Translations under genes and position numbers: made by a program
From: Myxococcota bacterium
Lineage (GTDB): Bacteria > Myxococcota_A > SURF-8
Direction of reading: 5' to 3'
Length of the DNA stretch: 64,000 nucleotides
Assembly (NCBI GenBank): GCA_965140415.1
Contig: OZ223209.1
Location: forward strand, 3,872,001 to 3,936,000
The notes under the pieces: model-generated
The model's database searches: none
What the model saw: only the letters and a program-made list of their open reading frames with translations
What the model was told of the DNA's origin: nothing
In this document: piece after piece, positions 9,739-19,973 of the stretch
How the letters are laid out: every line of letters starts with the position of its first letter
Position numbering within the stretch: the first letter of the stretch is position 1

Positions 9739-11289
9739 TTACCCGTTTCCGGCTTGTCGTTGCGAAACGAAATCGTGGAAGTGCCGATACTGAGCGAGCA
9801 GTGTGAAACAGCGCTTGATCAGTTTGGGATTGTCCATCACCGCCAGGCGCATCACACGCAAGAACATGCGCCTTACGTTCGGATTGCGATTGAAAAGGAA
9901 ATGCCCGAAAAGCGGCCCGATACGCGCGAACTGCGACCAGTCCACTTTCTTAACAGGATATTTATCCGTAAAATAGTCCACCTGCATGAGCCAGTTCATT
10001 AAACGCGGGCCGAAGTCCTGCGGTTCATACAATTTACAGAACAGGTTCCAATACTTTTGTACTAACACGTCGCGCGTCATCTGTAGCGGAACGATATTGG
10101 TCTCCAATTGCCATTCGCCGGAAAAGTTGTCCTCTACCAGTCGCCCGGCTTCTTTAAGACGTTGGTGCAGCGGCGTCTTTTTCGGGGCATTCAACAGGCT
10201 GATACCCGCAATCGGACTGTCCGTTTCGGAGAGGAAGGAATAGAGCTCGTCGAACACGCTTTCATCATCGTGATCGAAGCCGACGATCAAGCCGATAAAG
10301 GGAACGATGCCATACTTGGAAATCGCCCGAATTCGCTGGCGGATATCTTTATTGGCGTTCTGGCCCTTGTGTACTTCATCCAGGCTATCCTTGCGCACCG
10401 TTTCCACCCCAAGAAACAGCACGGAAAAGCGCGCGTCGGCGAACTTTTTCAAAAGCGCGTCATCATCCGCCACCTGCACCGTGATCTGGGTGGAAAACGA
10501 CAGCGGGTGTGCCTGTTTGCCGTTCCATTCGATCAGGCGCTCCAGCAGTTCGTTGGTGTAGGCGGGTTTCCCGTAGAAATTATCGTCGGAAAAGAAGACC
10601 GACTTCGCCCCGATACGATGTGCCCTGCGCACCTCCTCCATCACCGCGTCGATCGGCTTGGTGCGACAGCCTCTGCCCACATACTGCACCACATCGCAAA
10701 AATCGCAGCGATTCGGGCAGCCGCGCCCGGTCTGCACACTGATATTCAAATAGTCCCCGCTGTCGATCAGCGACCAATCGGGAGCGGGACTGTCCTTCAT
10801 GTCTATATACTTCGCCTGACGATATTCGGGGCTAGCTTTTCCCCGTACCCATTCTTGCAGGAACTGCGGCCAGGTATACTCGGCTTCACCGACAAACAGA
10901 AAATCCGCCAGCCCTTCGCATTCTTCGGGAAGTATGCTTGCGTAGGTGCCTCCCAGCGCCACCGGAACGCCCCGTTCTTTGAATTTGCGACAGATTTCCC
11001 GAATCCGAGGCGCGTGCAAGGTGCCGCCCGTTACCGCCGCCAGATCACAGGGTGTTGTAAAATCGAGCGTAGACACATTCTCGTCGCACAGGATGTATTC
11101 CACACAGATTTCCGGCGGAGTCAAGGCCATCAGGGTTGCCAAGGCGTTATTGGGCATCAGGGTTTTTGCGCCGAACAGGTCCACCGTTCCCTGCATCGAC
11201 CAGAAATTTTCCGGGTGCTTGGGAGCGATTAAATAGACTTTGCGCGCATGATCTCTACCACCGTAGAGCTTGCTTCTACTGGGTTGCAT
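9739..11289 (-). CDS. Cobalamin-binding-domain radical SAM protein
   Basis: GG.YAS and GEAE in the B12-binding domain, RGCPNRCDFC (CxxxCxxC), DDNF, GVET and IVGFD; ATG 11289 follows GGAG. Confidence 0.9.
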   Translation of the reverse strand: MQPSRSKLYGGRDHARKVYLIAPKHPENFWSMQGTVDLFGAKTLMPNNALATLMALTPPEICVEYILCDENVSTLDFTTPCDLAAVTGGTLHAPRIREICRKFKERGVPVALGGTYASILPEECEGLADFLFVGEAEYTWPQFLQEWVRGKASPEYRQAKYIDMKDSPAPDWSLIDSGDYLNISVQTGRGCPNRCDFCDVVQYVGRGCRTKPIDAVMEEVRRAHRIGAKSVFFSDDNFYGKPAYTNELLERLIEWNGKQAHPLSFSTQITVQVADDDALLKKFADARFSVLFLGVETVRKDSLDEVHKGQNANKDIRQRIRAISKYGIVPFIGLIVGFDHDDESVFDELYSFLSETDSPIAGISLLNAPKKTPLHQRLKEAGRLVEDNFSGEWQLETNIVPLQMTRDVLVQKYWNLFCKLYEPQDFGPRLMNWLMQVDYFTDKYPVKKVDWSQFARIGPLFGHFLFNRNPNVRRMFLRVMRLAVMDNPKLIKRCFTLLAQYRHFHDFVSQRQAGNG

Positions 11290-11325
11290 TCCGTTCTCCA
11301 ACTAGTCGATGTCGTTTCCGAATCG

Positions 11326-11354
11326 ATCATGCGACATCGGGAGAAAGGTGTCAA
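11326..11354 (-). promoter_or_regulatory. Putative sigma-70 promoter of the radical SAM gene
   Basis: TTGACA-17 nt-CATGAT on the minus strand, about 40 nt upstream of the start. Confidence 0.55.
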
Positions 11355-11527
11355 CTTTTCAGGAATGATTGTTTGACCGGAAACAACTGCAACGACTTTA
11401 CTTTATAGTCGCTTCAACTCCACTTCCAACACACGAGCCTCCTCTACGAAATCCCCTGTAACAAGAGAATATGTGACATAGATATTGCGTCCCTTGCTCG
11501 CGCTGGTATTCAGCATGCGCTAGCGCA

Positions 11528-13648
11528 TCAATACTCCCCGTAAGGATAAGGAGTTGGAGCATGACAGTACGGCTCTCCACCAGCTTCCCAGTCGTAATAA
11601 CACTGACAGGCAGCGACGAGCACGATTTCATTTTCTCCATTGCAGGTATAGATTCCGATAACCGGATATAAGGTCGGGTTACCATCGTCATCCAAAAGGA
11701 CATCATCCATGCACCACTGCTCACCCTGGTTGTATCCGTCGCGATAACCTGCGGTACAATTCTGAACCGGCAGTACCGTTCCGCTCCAATCGTCGTGTTC
11801 GCAGGAAGCGGAGCAATCCGCCGCAGCCTCTCCGCAACGATCCCAGGTGAGAGGATTGCCATCGTCGCAGGAGCGCACTTCTTCGAACACGGAGCGCCCC
11901 GGGCGGGCTTCGGCACAAACCTGCTCGACTCTGTACAACGGATTACACATCACCACTCCGGTTTGCACTTCCCGACAGGCATTGATACCGGCAGGCGTAT
12001 AGCAGGTGCCTTCAGAGTAGTCCGGCCCATCGCCATCTGGCGTAACAGCCGTGCCCGGCTGAACCTGAACGGTGATCGCTCCCATCAATTGTCCAAGCTG
12101 ATCGCCGGAAACGTAGACAGTCACCCGGAACGTTCCAGCTTCGGTATAGGTATGATCTGGATAGGACAACGCGCTCTCTTCGTAGCCGCCATCACCGAAA
12201 TGCCAGGCATAGGTCAACGCTTCATTACTCGGATTCTCCACGGTGGCCTGGAAGGTAACGATCAAAGGAGCTTCTCCGCTGGCCGGAGATGCCGTGACGG
12301 TTACGGCTGGAGGATCGACAAGCACGGGATCGAACAACAGGCTATCGTTGAACAGTGGATTATCTTCCGATAAAATACCCTGGCTGCTGACATGCTCCAT
12401 CGACGAATCGGGATTTTCAGCATCCGTATTCCAACTCAAGTCATCCTTTGTGGCATCTGGCAAATCCCAAAGATCCGCCATGTTGACCGCATCAAGAACG
12501 AAATCGTCATCACTGGTAGGCTCGTCCACGAAACTGAAGCCCGAATTGTCCGAATTGGGAACGACAAGTTGGCTCTTCGGCAGTTGATAGTCGCCGGGTA
12601 GCAGTAAGTCGTCCAACACCTCCTGGCGCTGTTTATGCTGGGCCTCTGAGGTCGTTTTCTTCGGCGTACTGGAAACCTCCACAGTGTCGGAATTACCGTT
12701 GATATTGAAGTAGAGATCCGTTCCATCGTTCACCGGGCCGACTAGCGCCACAATGGAACCGACATCCTTTCCTCCCACTGCTTTTGGAATCAGCAAATAA
12801 CTGACGACTTTGTTGGCTTTGAATATTTTATCGATGACCGGTGGTTTTTCATCGGTGCCGATAGCCGCATTAACGACATTGACGCCGCTCTCAGCCACGT
12901 TCAGCACGGTATTCACTCCTTCTACGACCTGTACGGTTTTTTGCAGCGTGGTCAACGTTCCCGCAGCACCGGCACCACCGGTGGCAACAGTCACCAGCAC
13001 ACCTTCCGCAGTAACGGCTGTATCGCGAATGGCTTTGCAATTTCGCACAGCCTTTTCGTATTGCTGATCCACCGTCACATATCCGGCTGTTTCGATTTCG
13101 TAGGTGACCTGTTGCATCATCATTCGCAGACGCGTCATGGAAACACCGGTACGTCTGGCGATATCGGATAGCTTGTATTTCCGGTAGAAAGCGTCGTCGT
13201 TCATGTAGAGATCGATCAAGCGCTTGGCATGATACAGATCGCCGGTGGCGCTCTTTGCCATCAGCTTTCGTCCCATATTGGCTTGCACCAGTGGCAGCAG
13301 GTTCTGTTCTTCCAATTGAATCAAGTAGGCGGCCACGGTGTTAAGATCGTCGATGGCGGTTTGGGCGGCAATAGCTCGCGCCTTGATGACATCCGGGCTG
13401 GTACGGTAGAAATCCGCGAAAAGCGTCGAGTTGATCAGAACAGTCGCCCGATAACTCATTAAGTTAAACAGTTCTACAGTTTCTGCAATTTCTGTTTCCT
13501 GTGCAGCATCGAGCAAACCACTGTAGCGATCCTCAATCGAGATGCTGAAACTCACATCACTATCGGAATCACCGCTGCATCCGGCAACCAGCGTAAAGAA
13601 AAAAGAAACGGCAAGCATGCTCAAGAAGAAGATTCGATGGTGCATCAT
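11528..13648 (-). CDS. Lipoprotein with PKD domain and Cys-rich C-terminus
   Basis: Lipobox VAGC; PKD signature ASPASGEAPLIVTF...YAWHFGDG...HTYTEAGTFRVTV; CDDGNPLTWDRC repeat. Start placed at MMHH after GAAGGA. Confidence 0.75.
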   Translation of the reverse strand: MMHHRIFFLSMLAVSFFFTLVAGCSGDSDSDVSFSISIEDRYSGLLDAAQETEIAETVELFNLMSYRATVLINSTLFADFYRTSPDVIKARAIAAQTAIDDLNTVAAYLIQLEEQNLLPLVQANMGRKLMAKSATGDLYHAKRLIDLYMNDDAFYRKYKLSDIARRTGVSMTRLRMMMQQVTYEIETAGYVTVDQQYEKAVRNCKAIRDTAVTAEGVLVTVATGGAGAAGTLTTLQKTVQVVEGVNTVLNVAESGVNVVNAAIGTDEKPPVIDKIFKANKVVSYLLIPKAVGGKDVGSIVALVGPVNDGTDLYFNINGNSDTVEVSSTPKKTTSEAQHKQRQEVLDDLLLPGDYQLPKSQLVVPNSDNSGFSFVDEPTSDDDFVLDAVNMADLWDLPDATKDDLSWNTDAENPDSSMEHVSSQGILSEDNPLFNDSLLFDPVLVDPPAVTVTASPASGEAPLIVTFQATVENPSNEALTYAWHFGDGGYEESALSYPDHTYTEAGTFRVTVYVSGDQLGQLMGAITVQVQPGTAVTPDGDGPDYSEGTCYTPAGINACREVQTGVVMCNPLYRVEQVCAEARPGRSVFEEVRSCDDGNPLTWDRCGEAAADCSASCEHDDWSGTVLPVQNCTAGYRDGYNQGEQWCMDDVLLDDDGNPTLYPVIGIYTCNGENEIVLVAACQCYYDWEAGGEPYCHAPTPYPYGEY

Positions 13649-13903
13649 GCGAGTTTTCCTTCGAAATGAAATTGAACAATGTTTCATGATAGCCCGAATA
13701 TGGAAATGCGTCAATTTTCCTATTAAATTCGTGGTTTATGTTCGTTCTCAGATTTTACCCTTAGTCAGAATTGCAAAGATGATCAATTCGTTTTCTGTTG
13801 AAATTAGCCGTCGGCTCCTGTATTATTCTCACATCGGAAAAATTGGATGCGATCTGAGGCTTGGGAAGTCATTCGACTCGGCAGAAACCAACAGGGAGGA
13901 ACT

Positions 13904-15088
13904 ATGAAGGCGTTGAAATATCTACAGGTTTTAATTTTATTGCTTGCAATGGCACTGTTTGTCATGGGTTGTGGCGGAGACGACGACAGCACGGACGGCG
14001 ACACCGTAGACGGCGATCAGGAAGAAGACAGCTTACCGGACGGTGACACCGCGGATGGTGACACGGCTGACGGTGACACGGCAGATGGCGATACGACTGA
14101 CGGCGATACGGCTGATGGCGATACCGCTGACGGCGATACGGCTGACGGTGACACGGCGGATGGTGATACGGCTGACGGCGATACGGCTGACGGTGACAGT
14201 CAACCGCAAGAGTCGATCTGGTGCGATCCTGTTACCAACATTTGCTGGCAAGATCCGCCTTCACCGGAGACGATGGCTCAAACCGACATGGTGCAATATT
14301 GCGATGACCTGATCTGGGCCGGTCACCAGTACTGGCGCGCCCCCTGCATCAACGATCTGCGCACCTTGATTTCGGGCTGCAACACCACCGCTACTGGTGG
14401 CGATTGCCCCGTGTCAATCAACTGCCTGGATCTTTCCTGCATCACAGGCGACTGCGCCGGCTGCGTCGGCAATCCCTGTTTCCGTTCCGGCGATTTAAAC
14501 GGGGAATGCGGTTCGTTATGGTCGATGTCCGAAGTCATGGATGATACCACTCAGGCTTTTACCATCGATTTCACGATGGCGGCAATTTCAAACGCCTTAA
14601 AAACGGAAAAAATGCCGGTACGTTGCGTGAAAGTCGATATGGATGGCGACATCGATGTTGATGTAGATGGCGATATGGATACGCCGGATGGAGACACTCC
14701 GGATGGTGATATCGATGCGTTCGATTCCGACATTGATTTTGACGGCGACGCGATGGAAGATGAGATTCCAGAAATCGACTGGGAAGCCGCAGATAGCGAA
14801 GTTCCCGAAATCGACTGGGATGCAGAGCTATTCGAACTTGATATGGAAGGCAGCTATTGCGGTTGTTCCTGTACGCAAAATCCTGATTACTCATACGATT
14901 GCACTGCCGTTCCCTCGGGCACGACCTTTACCGCCACAGGCTGCGATTGGGACGACGGCGAAGCCTGCACCGGTTGGCACAGCATCGTAGAAGCCAACGG
15001 CGGCAACCCGAATGGTCAGTTCCCGGATGGAACGAGCTTTGGCAAATCGGATTGGGGCTGTGACAGCATCACGATTCACTGTCCATAA
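13904..15088 (+). CDS. Lipoprotein with DGDTA repeats and Lcl/DUF1566-like domain
   Basis: RBS GGGAGG, lipobox VMGC, DPVTNICWQ...YCDDL...WRAPCINDLRTL...WS...VRCV (DUF1566 pattern) and a Cys-rich tail. Confidence 0.8.
   Translation: MKALKYLQVLILLLAMALFVMGCGGDDDSTDGDTVDGDQEEDSLPDGDTADGDTADGDTADGDTTDGDTADGDTADGDTADGDTADGDTADGDTADGDSQPQESIWCDPVTNICWQDPPSPETMAQTDMVQYCDDLIWAGHQYWRAPCINDLRTLISGCNTTATGGDCPVSINCLDLSCITGDCAGCVGNPCFRSGDLNGECGSLWSMSEVMDDTTQAFTIDFTMAAISNALKTEKMPVRCVKVDMDGDIDVDVDGDMDTPDGDTPDGDIDAFDSDIDFDGDAMEDEIPEIDWEAADSEVPEIDWDAELFELDMEGSYCGCSCTQNPDYSYDCTAVPSGTTFTATGCDWDDGEACTGWHSIVEANGGNPNGQFPDGTSFGKSDWGCDSITIHCP
14039..14203 (+). repeat. 11 x 15-bp coding tandem repeat (DGDTA)
   Basis: Ten DGDT[A/T] units plus DGDSQ. 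Confidence 0.95.
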
Positions 15089-15129
15089 CATCACGTAACG
15101 TGCCGCTTCCGGCACGGAAAGACAACACA

Positions 15130-15164
15130 AAAGGCCACTTCCGCTACATGTGGAAGTGGCCTTT
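15130..15164. terminator. Bidirectional intrinsic terminator
   Basis: AAAGGCCACTTCC...GGAAGTGGCCTTT between convergent genes. Confidence 0.8.
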
Positions 15165-15205
15165 CTATTCGTATTTTATAGGACAGCATGATACTTCGTG
15201 TTGTT

Positions 15206-15790
15206 TCAACCCACTTTGCGCAGCACCACAGCTCGACTGAAGCGGACCTTGGGCCGGTCCGTAATGTCCAGTCCAGCCCCCTTGGCCAGCTGGATTTCAC
15301 GGTCAAACGCGGCATTGGAAACATGCCCCTTCGGCTCTGCAAGAAAGAAATGCCCGCCCGGCTTCAATAGCGAGCCGATTTCATTAAAAAAGGCGGCCTG
15401 ATCGGGAGTTTCGTGCGCCATCCAAAACGCCACGGCGAAATCAACCGGTCCGCTGGCGCCAATTCGGTCCGATTCGCAACGGTGGAAGTCGATGCGTTCC
15501 AATAGACCGGACTTTTCGGCCCGCTCTTTAACCATCGCCAGCATTTCAGGCTGTAAATCGGCTGAGGTTACCTTTCCGCTCTGCCCGACCAGCTTAGCCA
15601 AACCGATTGAAGCGAAACCACGGCCACAACCGACATCCAGTACCTGCATTCCTTCCTGAACATAAGGCCGGAACATCTTTACCGGATTGTGAATCAAAGG
15701 ACGCAGGAAATTATCGAAAGATTTCACGGATTGCCAGGGGCAAACGTGCGGAGCTTTTTCACCTGACTTTGAAGCTTTGGGATTTGCCAT
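15206..15790 (-). CDS. Class I SAM-dependent methyltransferase
   Basis: VLDVGCGRG motif I, DLQPEML, LKPGG and an N-terminal HVCPW. Confidence 0.9.
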   Translation of the reverse strand: MANPKASKSGEKAPHVCPWQSVKSFDNFLRPLIHNPVKMFRPYVQEGMQVLDVGCGRGFASIGLAKLVGQSGKVTSADLQPEMLAMVKERAEKSGLLERIDFHRCESDRIGASGPVDFAVAFWMAHETPDQAAFFNEIGSLLKPGGHFFLAEPKGHVSNAAFDREIQLAKGAGLDITDRPKVRFSRAVVLRKVG

Positions 15791-15851
15791 TTTTCTAGCT
15801 TAACCTATCTAGCTTAACCTTCCCCCTGCACAAGACAAGAGAATTATATTT

Positions 15852-16313
15852 TTACTTATGATACACGTGTTTTTCCAGTTTGGTCAGTTCATCGTAATGC
15901 TTTTTCTCGACTTCGGCAAGCTTTGAGAAAAATGCATACGCCATGTCGCTGCCCGCATCTTTCACACGTGCCGCCAGGCCATCATAGAAAGAAAATGCCG
16001 ACTTTTCAGAAGCTTTTGCATATTTGATCGCCTCGCTCAACACGGTCTTTTCTCCCAGCATCAGCGCTGGAAGAGGCGTGAAATCCAGATCCTCCAACGA
16101 AATCCCCAACAGAGATTCATTTTCTGTGGATAATTCTTCTCCAAAAAGGCGCACACGCTCGATGTGATTTTCTTCCTGCTTCTGCATATGACGAAAGAAC
16201 TTCTTCGAGTTCTGATCGGTGACCAGATCATGCAGGAACGAATAAATTTCCACAGCCGCCTTTTCCGATGAAACGGCGTATTCAATGGCATCTTTCAAAG
16301 TTGCAACAATCAT
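15852..16313 (-). CDS. Rubrerythrin/ferritin-like di-iron protein
   Basis: Duplicated A..SE..A..FY and E..H motifs (EENH, EKKH). Confidence 0.85.
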   Translation of the reverse strand: MIVATLKDAIEYAVSSEKAAVEIYSFLHDLVTDQNSKKFFRHMQKQEENHIERVRLFGEELSTENESLLGISLEDLDFTPLPALMLGEKTVLSEAIKYAKASEKSAFSFYDGLAARVKDAGSDMAYAFFSKLAEVEKKHYDELTKLEKHVYHK

Positions 16314-16756
16314 GTACTTCCTTTCGGAATCTATTTATTCACCAATTACCTCTCCAACAATACTTACACGATTCCATTGCATCGATAAAGGTCTTTTGAC
16401 AATTAACAAAATCCTTATCTCTGCCAATTATACGATTTTCGGACGAAAACCACCCTTGATATCAACTAAAGATTCCCCTCTTTTCGGAATATCAGATTCT
16501 TATTTCAACTCCATTGATGCATGGATGTATTTCTTTTTAAGAAAGAAAAACCGTAGTTCCGATCAATGGAACCGATCCAAATCGCATTGATTATGAACTT
16601 GATGAAATGTTGAATATGAGGAAACACCTTTTGCTTTAGAGCCTGTGAAATGACATATTTTCTTGCTCTACACGAAACAGGCAAAGCATGCTACAATGAT
16701 CGTTAGTCAAAGCAGGGCTATCCTATTTTCACAACACGCTTTTATAAGAAGCGTCG

Positions 16757-17761
16757 ATGAAGGGGCTGAAGATGTATAGGCAATTCGCAAATTATGTCAT
16801 TGTGGTCATTGCGATGCTACTGACAGTGGCTTGTTCCAAACCCAGCCAGGAGCAAGGCGGTGGAAGCGGAATCAAGCAAAACTCCGAAGAAAAGAAGCTT
16901 CATATCGTTGCCACCACCGGCATGATCGGCGACCTTGTTCGTCGCATCGGCGGCGACCGCGTTCAGGTGGATGTGATGATGGGGCCAGGTACAGACCCTC
17001 ACCTGTACAAAGCACGAGAAAAGGATATTCGCATGATTGCCCAGGCAGATATCGTTTTTTATAACGGTCTGCATTTGGAAGGCAAACTTGCTGAAGTATT
17101 CGAACGATTTACCTATCGTGAAGGCAAAAGCCTCGCCGATCAAAGCCGATACAAGGATATTTACGCGGTAACGGAAGAATTCCAAGAAGAAGATCTACTT
17201 GCCTCTCCTAAGAATCCTGGTGCTCACGATCCGCATGTCTGGTTCAACGTTAAATTGTGGCTCAAGGCTGCCCTTCAAATCAATAAGCGATTGATTGGGA
17301 AAGATAACACAATTCAGGAATATATCGCTCCAAACATGCAGAAACTAACCACTGAACTATTGGAGTTGGACAAATGGACTCGTGAGCAAATTGCTTCCAT
17401 CCCCAAAGAACAGCGCCTGCTCGTAACCGCCCACGACGCCTTTGGATATTTCGGAAAGGCCTATGACATCGAAGTACGAGGCATTCAGGGAATCAGCACC
17501 GAATCGGAAGCCAGCGTCAACGACCTGAACCAACTCATCGATTTCATCGTAAAGCGCAAAGCCAAGGCAATCTTCGTTGAATCCACCATTTCGAAAAAGA
17601 ACGTTGAAGCGCTACTTGAAGGCGCACAGGCCCAGATGCATCCGTTAAAACTTGGCGGTGAGTTGTTCAGCGACGCCATGGGAGCAGAAGGCACCCCGGA
17701 AGGAACCTACGTTGGAATGGTGCGCCACAACGTCAACACCATAGTCAACGCATTGAAATAG
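16757..17761 (+). CDS. troA: Mn/Zn/Fe ABC transporter substrate-binding lipoprotein (TroA/MntA)
   Basis: Lipobox [32 protein letters not shown] and LFSDAMG. Confidence 0.93.
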   Translation: MKGLKMYRQFANYVIVVIAMLLTVACSKPSQEQGGGSGIKQNSEEKKLHIVATTGMIGDLVRRIGGDRVQVDVMMGPGTDPHLYKAREKDIRMIAQADIVFYNGLHLEGKLAEVFERFTYREGKSLADQSRYKDIYAVTEEFQEEDLLASPKNPGAHDPHVWFNVKLWLKAALQINKRLIGKDNTIQEYIAPNMQKLTTELLELDKWTREQIASIPKEQRLLVTAHDAFGYFGKAYDIEVRGIQGISTESEASVNDLNQLIDFIVKRKAKAIFVESTISKKNVEALLEGAQAQMHPLKLGGELFSDAMGAEGTPEGTYVGMVRHNVNTIVNALK

Positions 17762-17775
17762 CGAAAGACCACAAT

Positions 17776-18579
17776 ATGCCCGCAAGCGAGACAAATACGG
17801 AACCGAAGGCAGGACTTGTTCCACCGTTGGAGATCCACGACATGACGGTGGCGTATCACCATAAACCGGTGCTGTGGGATATCGATCTTACGGTGCCGGA
17901 AAATCAGTTGATCGCCGTTATCGGTCCCAATGGGGCAGGAAAAAGCACCTTGATGAAAGCCGTTCTGGGTTTGATTCCACGAGCCAGTGGTCGAGTGGAT
18001 ATCTTCGGAAAGCCGTATGAGAAGCAGCGCCACCTGGTCGGGTACGTCCCCCAGCGAGAATCGGTGGACTGGGACTTTCCCGTAAGCGTACTGGAAGTCG
18101 TACTGATGGGACGATACGGGCATGTCGGCTGGTTCCGTCGTCCGGGTAAGCGGGATTACAGCATTGCACGCGACTGCCTGGAAAAGGTGGGCATGGCCGA
18201 TTATGCCGAGCGACAGATCAGCCAGCTTTCCGGTGGCCAGCAACAACGTGTTTTTCTTGCCCGCGCTCTGGCTCAGGATGCCAAACTGTACTTCATGGAT
18301 GAACCTTTCGCCGGTGTGGATGCCGCCACCGAACAGGCCATCCTGACCATGCTGCGGGAACTGCGCGAATCGGGGAAAACGGTGATCGTCGTTCACCATA
18401 CCCTGCAAACGGTTAAAGATTATTTCGATCATCTGATACTGTTAAATATGCGCGTCATCGATCACGGTCCGATCGATCGGGTCTTTACAGAGGAAAACCT
18501 GCAAAAAACCTATGGCGGGCGTCTTTCCATTCTCGATCAGGCCGCCGAGGCCGTGCGACAGGCGAAAACCCGATCATGA
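17776..18579 (+). CDS. troB: Metal ABC transporter ATP-binding protein (TroB/MntB)
   Basis: [28 protein letters not shown] and MDEPFAGVD. Confidence 0.95.
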   Translation: MPASETNTEPKAGLVPPLEIHDMTVAYHHKPVLWDIDLTVPENQLIAVIGPNGAGKSTLMKAVLGLIPRASGRVDIFGKPYEKQRHLVGYVPQRESVDWDFPVSVLEVVLMGRYGHVGWFRRPGKRDYSIARDCLEKVGMADYAERQISQLSGGQQQRVFLARALAQDAKLYFMDEPFAGVDAATEQAILTMLRELRESGKTVIVVHHTLQTVKDYFDHLILLNMRVIDHGPIDRVFTEENLQKTYGGRLSILDQAAEAVRQAKTRS

Positions 18580-19973
18580 AAGCCCTACTCGTTTTACCCA
18601 TTCTGCTTCTGACGGAGGCTCTGCTGTTCGCCACGTTGGGCTTAAGCAGCATCCAAACCGGACTGCAAACCGTTTCCAGCGCATTGGGCGTGCCTTACAA
18701 TACGTTTGTGGTTCTACTTGGCACCGGCCTGCTCGGATTGGCCAGCGGAATCGTAGGCTTGTTTGCGGTATTGCGGCAACGTTCCTTGGTCGGCGACGCC
18801 GTTGCCCATAGCGCTTTGCCGGGTCTGGCTCTTGCATACATGATTATCGGTGAACGCAATTTTACGGCGATGCTTGCGGGAGCGGTCATCTCCGGTCTAT
18901 TGGGCGGATTCCTGATTTCCTGGTTACAGAAAAATACGCGGATCAAGGCCGATGCCGCCATCGGAATAGTATTGAGCGTTCTATTCGGTCTGGGTCTGGT
19001 TCTTTCCAGCATCGTGCAGGACGACCCCAGCGGACGCCAAGCCGGGCTGGATTCCTTTCTTCTTGGAAAAACCGCCGGAATGATCGGACAGGATGTACTG
19101 CTGATCGGCTTGATGGCGCTCAATGTCGTGGTCGTGGTCGGTCTGACCTTTAAAGAATTGAAGCTGATCACCTTCGATCCGAACTTCGGTAAAGTCCAAG
19201 GACTGCCGGTTTTGGCGCTCGATGCGATTCTGATGGCGCTACTGGTACTCACCACCGTCATCGGACTGCCCGCCGTGGGCGTCGTGCTGATGGCGGCCAT
19301 GCTCATCATTCCCGGCGTTTCCGCCCGTTTCTGGACAGACCGACTGGGGCGCGTGATGCTGCTTTCGGCGATGTTCGGTTTGATCTCCGCCCTGCTTGGA
19401 ACCTGGATCAGTTCCCGAGTTTCCGATCTGCCTGCCGGGGCGATTATCGTATTGACCGGGGCTGCGGTATTCCTGTTCTCGATGTTGTTCGCTCCCAGGC
19501 GTGGTGTTCTTGCACGTGGCTGGCTGAGTCTGCATACCGAGTGGAAAATCGCACGACAGAATCTGCTTCGCACACTTTACGAAGTCAACGAGCCGAGCTT
19601 ACCCGACCGCACTGAGGTTTCTCTATCCGAGATTCTGGCCACCCGCGCATGGCGGCGCAGCACGGCAAAAGCGTTGCTGCTTTTTGCCAACTGGAAGAAA
19701 GAGGTTCTGCCGCGAGGCGCGGATCGTTGGGTGTTGACCGATTCCGGGTTGAAACAGGCAGCGCAGATCGTTAAAGCCCACCGCTTATGGGAGATCTTTC
19801 TGGTGGAACAGGCCAGCATTGCGCCGGATCATGTAGACCGCGATGCCGATGAAATCGAACATGTACTGACTCCAAAAATTCTGGCCGAACTTGAATCCCG
19901 CCTGCAAGAGCAGGGACGTCTTCCCGAATTCGCACCACCGAGCTCGGTTCATCCGGTTGGAGAGGGGGTGTAA
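18576..19973 (+). CDS. troC: Metal ABC permease (TroC) fused to C-terminal DtxR/MntR-like domain
   Basis: [14 protein letters not shown]-3 signature and TM helices; C-terminal LTDSG...HRLWEIFL...DRDADEIEH. Confidence 0.9.
   Translation: MKALLVLPILLLTEALLFATLGLSSIQTGLQTVSSALGVPYNTFVVLLGTGLLGLASGIVGLFAVLRQRSLVGDAVAHSALPGLALAYMIIGERNFTAMLAGAVISGLLGGFLISWLQKNTRIKADAAIGIVLSVLFGLGLVLSSIVQDDPSGRQAGLDSFLLGKTAGMIGQDVLLIGLMALNVVVVVGLTFKELKLITFDPNFGKVQGLPVLALDAILMALLVLTTVIGLPAVGVVLMAAMLIIPGVSARFWTDRLGRVMLLSAMFGLISALLGTWISSRVSDLPAGAIIVLTGAAVFLFSMLFAPRRGVLARGWLSLHTEWKIARQNLLRTLYEVNEPSLPDRTEVSLSEILATRAWRRSTAKALLLFANWKKEVLPRGADRWVLTDSGLKQAAQIVKAHRLWEIFLVEQASIAPDHVDRDADEIEHVLTPKILAELESRLQEQGRLPEFAPPSSVHPVGEGV

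Noticed and set aside
16314-16756. DtxR/Fur operator upstream of troA
   Set aside because: AT-rich, but no convincing palindrome could be identified by eye.
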